64,000 nt of DNA from NCBI GenBank assembly GCA_951406725.2, contig OX597820.1:69130001-69194000 (forward strand), written 5' to 3'. Made by a program: the position numbers and the translations under genes. Shown here one piece after another: positions 55,550 through 64,000 of this stretch. This stretch comes from Octopus vulgaris. Its lineage: Eukaryota. Each line of letters opens with the position of its first letter. Within the stretch, counting starts at the first letter, position 1. The notes below the pieces were generated by a model, which had not been told where the DNA came from, did not search any database, and saw nothing but the letters and a program-made list of their open reading frames with translations.

Positions 55550-56130
55550 CTCTACGTCCATCAATACGGCCCTTTGCACTCTGTGACGTCATAAGAGCAG
55601 AAGGCTGCCGGCTCTCGATTGAATTTCTGGAAGCTGGTAGCGCCATATAGCGAGAGTGATAAGGGATGCTGTGAGTAGTGGAGAGAGTAAATAGAAACGA
55701 GAGAGTGAAGAGGAGGAAGGTAGTGAGACGGAGAGGCCTCCAGGGAGGAGAAGAAACAGTAAAAAAATACAGAGAAAGAGACAGAGAAGACGAGGCAACG
55801 ACACACAGATAGACAGACAGATATAAGGTTGATGGCGAGGGTTAGAACTAGCACATGGGAAAGGAGAAAGGAGTGGGTACATAGAGAAGACGCTAGCTGA
55901 TGTGACATGTTTAAGGAAACGCTTGATAGCTGGAGGCGGCAAACCAGAGCGCCAATTCCGGCTAGAGCGGCCGTTGAGTGAACGAACAGGCGACACGGCC
56001 CGGCACGGCATGGGTGCTTTTTCAGCTCTTCATACAGTAGTGACATGGTGGAGGAAACTGGATGGGAATGAGTGGCGGGATCGGGCGTAGGAGGTAGGAG
56101 GGAGGTCTGACTTCGAGAGAGGTCAAGGGC
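55550..56130. promoter_or_regulatory. GC-enriched unique island with full CRE; candidate promoter or 5' exon region
   Basis: TGACGTCA at 55584-55591, CpG-rich blocks at 55600-55660 and 55920-56090, and purine-rich spacers. Confidence 0.4.
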
Positions 56131-56404
56131 GAAGAAGAGGTTTTGACAGAATAGAAAATTAACTAAGAGTGAGAAGAAAAACATAATAATAATAATAATA
56201 ATGATAATAATAATAATGATAATAATAATAAAGCGAGAGTAGATGAAGAAAAGAGAAAAGGAAAATAACGATAAAGATGGCTGTGCAATGAAGAAGGAGG
56301 AAAAATAGAAGCAATGAAAATAAGAAAAGATATGGAAGACGAGTTTGGAGAATTCACTGAAGGAGGAATAAAGTATTTATGGAGAAGGGGAATGTAAAAA
56401 TAGC

Positions 56405-56459
<55 letters not shown>

Positions 56460-56655
56460 GCAACGACAACAACAACAGTTGTAATGATAATAAATATTGG
56501 GAGAAATATGCGAGTCAAAATGAAGTATGGTAAATGCGCTCTGGAAGAATAAGATAAACAAAGAGAATGAAGAGGAAAAATAAAGGAAAAGAGCAAAGAG
56601 AAATCGAGAGAGTTTGTGAATGAGTGTTTGAGTGAGGATGTGCGTATGACATTGT

Positions 56656-56702
<47 letters not shown>

Positions 56703-56802
56703 GTGTCGTCTGTGCGGGCATTCATAAGTGCAAGTGAGAAAATGGATTACGACAAATGCAAAAGGAGAAAACAAGGATAATGAAGAACAAGGCAAGAAGA
56801 AC

Positions 56803-56865
<63 letters not shown>

Positions 56866-57021
56866 ACACTTAGAGAGGGAAATACATAGAGAGAGAGGTG
56901 GGTGGATGCGAAACTCTATGTGACTATGTACGTTCGTATGCATAATAAAACCTTTATATACATGCGTGTGTTTGTGTCTATTAGACATACGAAGGTGCAT
57001 AGTCATATATAGATACGTACA

Positions 57022-57060
<39 letters not shown>

Positions 57061-57627
57061 ATCTGTGAATCTGTGTCTTCTGTACTAGAAAACGGTTGTA
57101 TATACTCCACTGCACGAGGTGTGTGCGTGTGTGTGAGGGTGGTGGAGTTGATGACATTCTGTGTTGGGGGTAGGTGGTAAAGAAATATATAGATGGGAAC
57201 CGAACCTAGCAGAAATTACAGATGCAGCGGCATCAGAAGCAGCAGCAGCAGCAGCAGCAGAGTTCTCTGCACCATTTGTTGTATGTGAAGCATAACAAAA
57301 AAAAAAAAAAAAAAAAGAGACAATAAAATAAAAAAAAAATGTAATAAAAACAGACAAACATGACAACAGCAACAAGAGCAGCAGAAACAACAACAACAAC
57401 AACAGCAGGAGCATCGGTGATATATCGACAATAACAATACCAAATATCTCTACTAAGTTAGCCCAGGAGCCAAATGCTGGCATTCTTTCCTGTCTCTGAC
57501 AACTAAGCATGGTGTTTTAACTAGTGCAGTTATTTGGAGATTAGTTGGAGCAGGCGGTGGTCCAGAAATGATGCACTGTGTATGGCCACCCACGTCAAAT
57601 GTATTTGCATGCATATTTGTGAGTGGT

Positions 57628-57800
57628 GCATGTATGTATATGTGTGTGTGTATGTATATGTATGTATGTATGTGTGTGTGTATGTATGTATGTATGTATG
57701 TATGTGTGTGTGTTTGTATGTATGTATGTATGTATGTATGTATGTATGTATGTATGTATGTATGTTTGTATGTATGTATGCATGTATGTATGTATACATG
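57628..57800. repeat. (TATG)n/(TG)n compound microsatellite
   Basis: Direct reading. Confidence 0.95.
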
Positions 57801-57896
57801 CATAAAAATTAAATTTTTGTAAATCTATGAATACACACACATAAACAACGCGCGCATATAAATATACGTATGCATGTATATATATATACATATACA

Positions 57897-57944
<48 letters not shown>

Positions 57945-58215
57945 AATAACTAAATGTAGCGGTCCCATAGAGGACGATGCTTCTGTTGCTTTTAGCCTCA
58001 GGAGAACATCTCCTCCAGCTGGCTAACGACACACTGTCTGTATCTGATTAGTATTTGCGAAGGGAAATCATCGTTCCCATCACTATCCTTACGTGATACA
58101 CACAGACCCGCGTTTCTGAGTAGTAACCCGTCATCAGTGTGTGATAATCACCAGCTAGCGATGAGAACTTATTCCAAACACAAAAATACTATATTATGCT
58201 TTTTCCAGTGTTCTT
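57945..58215 (-). mobile_element. About 270-bp element between (TA)n tracts carrying a hammerhead ribozyme
   Basis: Higher-complexity block flanked on both sides by (TA)n, containing the motif listed next. Confidence 0.65.
58099..58143 (-). ncRNA. Type I hammerhead ribozyme motif
   Basis: Minus strand: CACACA-CUGAUGA-c-GGGU(uacu)ACUC-a-GAAAC(gcgg)GUC^-UGUGUG. Full catalytic core, 6-bp stem I, 4-bp stem II, 2-bp stem III and a GUC cleavage triplet. Confidence 0.75.
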
Positions 58216-58223
58216 GATATATG

Positions 58224-58261
<38 letters not shown>

Positions 58262-58450
58262 ACTATGAATCACTTATATTTCTCCTCTTGTCTCTCTGTG
58301 TGCTTTCCTCTTGTATCCGACGAAATTTCAGGTCCGAAACGTTATAGGTTTGCTTTATACCATTTCTTTATAATCTTTCTCTTTCTTGGAACGTCAGTAT
58401 TAAAATATAGATATTATTTTATCAACTTGACTTATGTTGTTTTTGTTTAT
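58262..58450 (+). mobile_element. Decayed short element with hammerhead-like motif
   Basis: tat-CCGACGA-aatttcaggtcc-GAAAC-GTT-ata at 58314-58346, next to (TA)n. Confidence 0.4.
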
Positions 58451-59175
58451 ATTTTTGTAATTGATTTGCTTTTAGGAATGTACGAGTGTGTTTATGTGTG
58501 TGAATGTATGAATGAATATATGTGCGTGCATACATGCATACATTTCTAACTAAATTGGGAACATCTGAGATATGCTATTAAAATCGTTGAAATATTTCAG
58601 AGAGGAAACTTCTTTAAAAGTATTCTCTACTACCTCAACTAAATGTAAAGCAAATTATTTAGAACTATTGTACTTTATGCTTGTACGATCCTTTTTGTCT
58701 GGTTTTATATGTCTTTGTATCTGTGCTTATCTGCCATGTTTTTCTGTGTGCGAGTGAACACAACAAAAGATATGAAAGTTCTAAATTTCTAAAACTTATC
58801 AAATGTTCTTATACATTAATTATATAAAACGAAGAAACATCGGAATACTGAAGGAATTTTTAATTGGACTTATTCTGCAAAGAAGAAAGGGATGCAGTTT
58901 TGCAAGTCAGCCAAAGCTGAATCCATTGTTTAGAATAACGAAATGCTCTGTAATTCACCAGGTGTTTCTATCCCCACTATAAAATACGAAACACCTGCAA
59001 TTTAATACAACTTCCAGTTTATACAGCAAAATTTTACATAATTACGAATTCTTAGCGTTTTAACATTAAACAGAGTATGGTTACAGAATATTAGAATGGG
59101 GAAAATACAAATATATACATACATACATACATATATATATGCGTGTGCGTGTGTATGTATGTATAGGTATAAATA

Positions 59176-59235
<60 letters not shown>

Positions 59236-61899
59236 TAACAAGGAGAGAGAGAGAGATATAAATATGTGTGCGTGCGTGGTTGAAATGAATGCATAATGGA
59301 AATGGAATCGCCCATATTGTACTCACTGACGATGTTATCTAACATAAATTAATTTAAACATTTACTTCTGTTAATGTTAATTTACTTGCTACATGCTTCT
59401 AAAATCAATTTACCAGCGAAAAACATACACACATAATCAAACATATACACGCCTTTAGAAAAAGACCCATTTAATTTCACACTCACTCAGTAGCAGACAC
59501 AAAACTTACACAGTCATATATATAGATATTCACCCATAGATATTTATAATATATTTATTATATGTATATTGAAGTAAAAATGTTTCTTATAATTTTAGTT
59601 TAATATGTTTGACGCGGTTTTACCTTCGTGTGTTCTTTCGCTTTAGCGTTCATCGTATTCCACAATATTTTTGCGATAAGAATGAATCTTTGTGATTTTT
59701 TTCTCGAGTTCTTTCCTATACATTTTTGCCACGAAAATGCTGATAGTGGCTTTGACATCTCTGCCTCCTCAAATCGTCAAATAGTTTGCTAAAAGAGAAC
59801 AAGCCCTAACGTCAAATCTACTATCAATCTCTTGATGGCAAAAGATAAATATGCACTAAATTTAAAAGTACTGAGTAATCCTTCAGTTCAATATTCACTT
59901 GCTTTTCTACATAATACGACATAAACAAAAAAAACATATATATTCGTTAATGAGAGAAATAGGCAGGATACTTATTTCACACATAAACTCACAAGTACCA
60001 ACTTTAGAACATCTCAAATAAAATTGTTTGTCAAGCGAAGAAAAAAAAGTACAAAAAGCGGTAAATATTCATAAGTAATTACATAAATATTTTTATCAGC
60101 TATGGTGGTATACTTATTTTTTTTTTATTTTCGCACTATATTCATTTCTCTATCTGTAAATGCAATTTATATCATATGTGTATTGTTATTATTAATGTTG
60201 TTGTTTTTGTTATTGTGTGTTGGGTGTGCTGTAGCTCAGTTCTTAAAAGTTTAGTTACTTTTATTGAAAATACGCTGTTTTTGTTTAATTTTTGTTGAAC
60301 ATTACATTAAATAAGAACCTCCAATCAACTGTATGAAGGGGAAGAAACTAATGTGGGCACTAAAGGATACTTGTCTTATAATACATATATAAATATAATG
60401 CATAGGTTTCACCATGTAGTAGATTTACTGTATCGTATCATGGCCACACTACAACAGGCGCCAACTAAACTGCATGAAGTACTAGGAGCGAAAATGATTC
60501 CTCTGAGTACGACACTAAATAACGGAGACTCCTCTTCATCAACTCAAATAGCTGCAGATTGTCTGCTATTTGTAGTAGAGGTAGTGATGAGAAAAGCCTA
60601 TATACGAATACCACAACAATAACACGAAAGGAAAAACCAATTAGAAAGACAATAACTATTACAACAACAACATCAACAGTAGCAACTACAAGAAAAACAA
60701 TGGCAATGACTGCTGCGGTCATTGCAATAATGTATGCAGAACACAATCATCCACGCGCAGCAAGAACTATTGGCAATAACAAAGCTTCTTTTGCTGGAGT
60801 AGTCTCTACAAGGGTGCAGTAGGCTCCATCCTTAGAAGATAAACGACGAAATCAAAAGAGGCAGTTCAAAGTGTGTTTGTTTGTTAGTTTGGTAGTTTGT
60901 TTGTTTGTTTGTTTGTTTGTGTGTGTGTTGTGTGTGTGTGTGTGTGTGTGTGTGTAACAACAAATTTAACATTTATTTCATCATCCTTTTTTCTGGTCAA
61001 TTGAAGTGCGCTTAGGGTAAGCTAATTTTGTTGCCTAATTCATTAAGATAACATCAAGTAAATAGTTTGTCTCCTAGATAAACCGTTATAACAATTTGTT
61101 TTTAATGGAGGGAAAAAGCATAATCGATATCAATATAAGTTTCTCTAGGCTTAGAACATTTAAGGTTATGAGCATATATGGTGGAACTGTTGATCACATG
61201 CCTTACATTATTTAGTTTCAATTGCGTATGTTCAAACGTGTTCAAATCCAAGCTAGCCAGTTCACTCATTCCTCCGTTCTATAAATGAATTATACCTCTC
61301 TCTAATGCAGCAAAACTGTTATGTACATTAATATGTACACATACACGTGACTTGTATACGCGTATGCATATATGAAAAAACACACTCACAGACACATACG
61401 CACATATATGAGTACTTTGGGAATATTGAATTCTATGTACGCCTATATATATATGTGTTCATACAATATAAACATATACACGTATTTATATATTATATGC
61501 ATATATAAATTACATACATTTATACATACACACAGGCTCAAACGCACACGAACAAGCACAAACGCATGTACACACGCATATATATAATATATATATATTC
61601 ATATATCCATAGACATTTATATATAGTGCAAAATCTATATTCATACCCATGTATAAACCCTTGTTTTGTTCTCTTTTCTATCTGCAGTCTGTAAGCCGGT
61701 GCATAAAGAGCTTGTAAGAGGTTTTAACACGCTTATCAGATCTGACACAGACCAAAGCTAGGACATCATATTCACAAGTACAGTGTTTCAAATCTCTCTC
61801 GCTCTTTCTTCTCAATCTCCTTGTTATCTCCTAGATGTGTTACTCAGTTACACTCTGTCTCTATCACTTTCTATCATCATTCCATCATTCTTCTGTCTG

Positions 61900-61941
61900 T
61901 CATATATATATATTTATATGTATATATATATGTCTGTGTGT

Positions 61942-61974
<33 letters not shown>

Positions 61975-62056
61975 CATATATGTATATATTTACGTATATA
62001 TATGTATATATATTATATATAAATATACATTATATGTGTACGTATGTATACCTATA

Positions 62057-62109
<53 letters not shown>

Positions 62110-63025
62110 GTGTGTGTGTGTGTATGGGTGTGTATAATACATATGTGTGTTTGTGTGTGAGTGTGTGTCTGTATATTTGTACCTAATCTCTCCTACGCTG
62201 TATGTAGCTACTCTTGGGAGTAATACGATGTTTGAAGCAAAATGTGAAGTCTAATTCGACTTAATTTGCGTAATGGTATTCATTCATCCATCACTTATCA
62301 CTCATGCATTCTTTTGTCTTGTCTTCTGTTTTAACTGGGGTGAAAAATGGTATTGTTTTCTTTCTTGTAGATACTAAATGAATTTAGTATTTAGGATTTC
62401 AAAGTAGCGGGCATATTTCCATTCTGTATTTAGTTTTTGACGGTGATCTTTGTTCTTTGTTCCGAAATATGTTTCCATCTTTGACGCCATTCGTTTTCCT
62501 TCATTAGGGAACATTTGAATAATTATCATTTGTGTGTTTTGTGTTCGAATATCCAGTATAAAACATCCCTGAATAGTCATGCAAGTTATTACTCAAATAC
62601 AAGTATAAGCACAAATGTACATTCACATACACACCAATATATGTAGTGTTTTGTGTGTGCGTTTTATATGTGCACAAACACACACACATAAAGATATATA
62701 CATACATAGAAACATATACTTACATACATATATATATATATATACACACGTATACTGGTATAGATAGGTGGATAAAGATGCATAGGATAATAGATAGTCA
62801 TAAAGATAGACAGAACTTTAGATAGTCAAGTATATATATATGGACGTATCAAAGTATCTTTACAGTTATTTATCTCGTACCAGTCGTTTTCTGTAAATAT
62901 GCACACAATGGCTTCAAATTATAGATAGATAAATAGATATACATTTAGACCCAAAATATATACTATAACACACCTGGATAAGATTCTTAGCATAATACAT
63001 ATATGCGTTCAAATATATACATGTT

Positions 63026-63086
<61 letters not shown>

Positions 63087-63540
63087 GCTCTTAGGTTTGT
63101 GCGTGTTAAGTACGTACAAAAATTTTCATCGATTTACTGATATTCTGACGCTTACACATTCACACATCATGTGACTATAAAGATCTTTTCATGTATAATA
63201 TATATATATATAACAGCATAAGTATACAGATATACTGTGTATTTGTGTGTGTGTGTGCGTGTGTGTATACATGTATGTATCTGTGTGAATGTGAACGCGT
63301 TTATATATACACATACATACGTACATACATATACATACATATACATATATATATATGTTTGAAAGTGAACCCGTTTACATATATATGTATGTATTTATAC
63401 ACACGCTTACATGCACACACCACATGCATGCACATATACATATATATGTACCTATGTATGTATATGTATACTTATATATATATATAGTTATGTAAGTGTC
63501 TGTGTATATATAGTTCTATATGTACATATGAATATACACG

Positions 63541-63611
<71 letters not shown>

Positions 63612-63780
63612 TTGCATATGTCTATGAATATACATTCGTGAGTATGCTTATGTTGTTAAATGTGTACGTATATGTAATCATACCTACATGCAATTAACAT
63701 ACGTGTACATGTATATGTATATGCATCTCTATATAGGTATGTGTATGTTTTAGTGTGTTTATAATGTTTTGTGTGTGTGG
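61900..63780. repeat. Extended degenerate (TA)n/(TG)n/(CA)n low-complexity zone
   Basis: Many interrupted dinucleotide tracts. Confidence 0.85.
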
Positions 63781-64000
63781 TGTGTGTATGTGCTTGTTCA
63801 TCCTGAATATAAATATCGATTAACCTTTTCTTTCAACTGAGAATTCTGCATTATTTTCATAATTTCTTAGCTGTCTATATCTTCTATATTCTTTTTTTTT
63901 TTGTTTTTGTATCTTTTTTCTTACTTTCCTTCATTGCTCCCTTAAGTGCGTGTAAGCACGTTTGAGCACCTGCGTGCATCCGTCTTTTCAGGAAAACTTT

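Noticed and set aside
57453-57600. Minus-strand peptide GPPPAPTNLQIT resembling the start of a fibronectin type III domain
   Set aside because: The FN3 hallmark residues (the following conserved Trp, later Tyr) are missing, a stop follows within about 25 codons, and there is no suitable donor. Probably chance.

Overview
AT-rich, microsatellite-saturated eukaryotic non-coding DNA. The abundant tRNA-headed SINE families and the (TA)n/(CA)n/(GATA)n density point to a coleoid cephalopod, most likely Octopus; this is inferred from repeat recognition, not proven. I found no supportable protein-coding exon: nearly all ORFs in the track are microsatellite or repeat read-throughs. The window holds three SINE-like families (about 30 copies or fragments), three DNA-transposon MITEs with visible TIRs (Tc1/mariner-, piggyBac- and hAT-like), long fold-back palindromes, and several unique-sequence islands rich in transcription-factor motifs. 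It is probably a large intron or regulatory region. The main signal is a set of at least five unrelated short elements, mostly beside (TA)n tracts, each carrying a type I hammerhead-ribozyme core (CUGANGA - stem II - GAAA - short or palindromic stem III - NUH). Several are duplicated into palindromes. They resemble Penelope-like-element or retrozyme-derived elements. The best-preserved ribozyme is at 58099-58143 on the minus strand.
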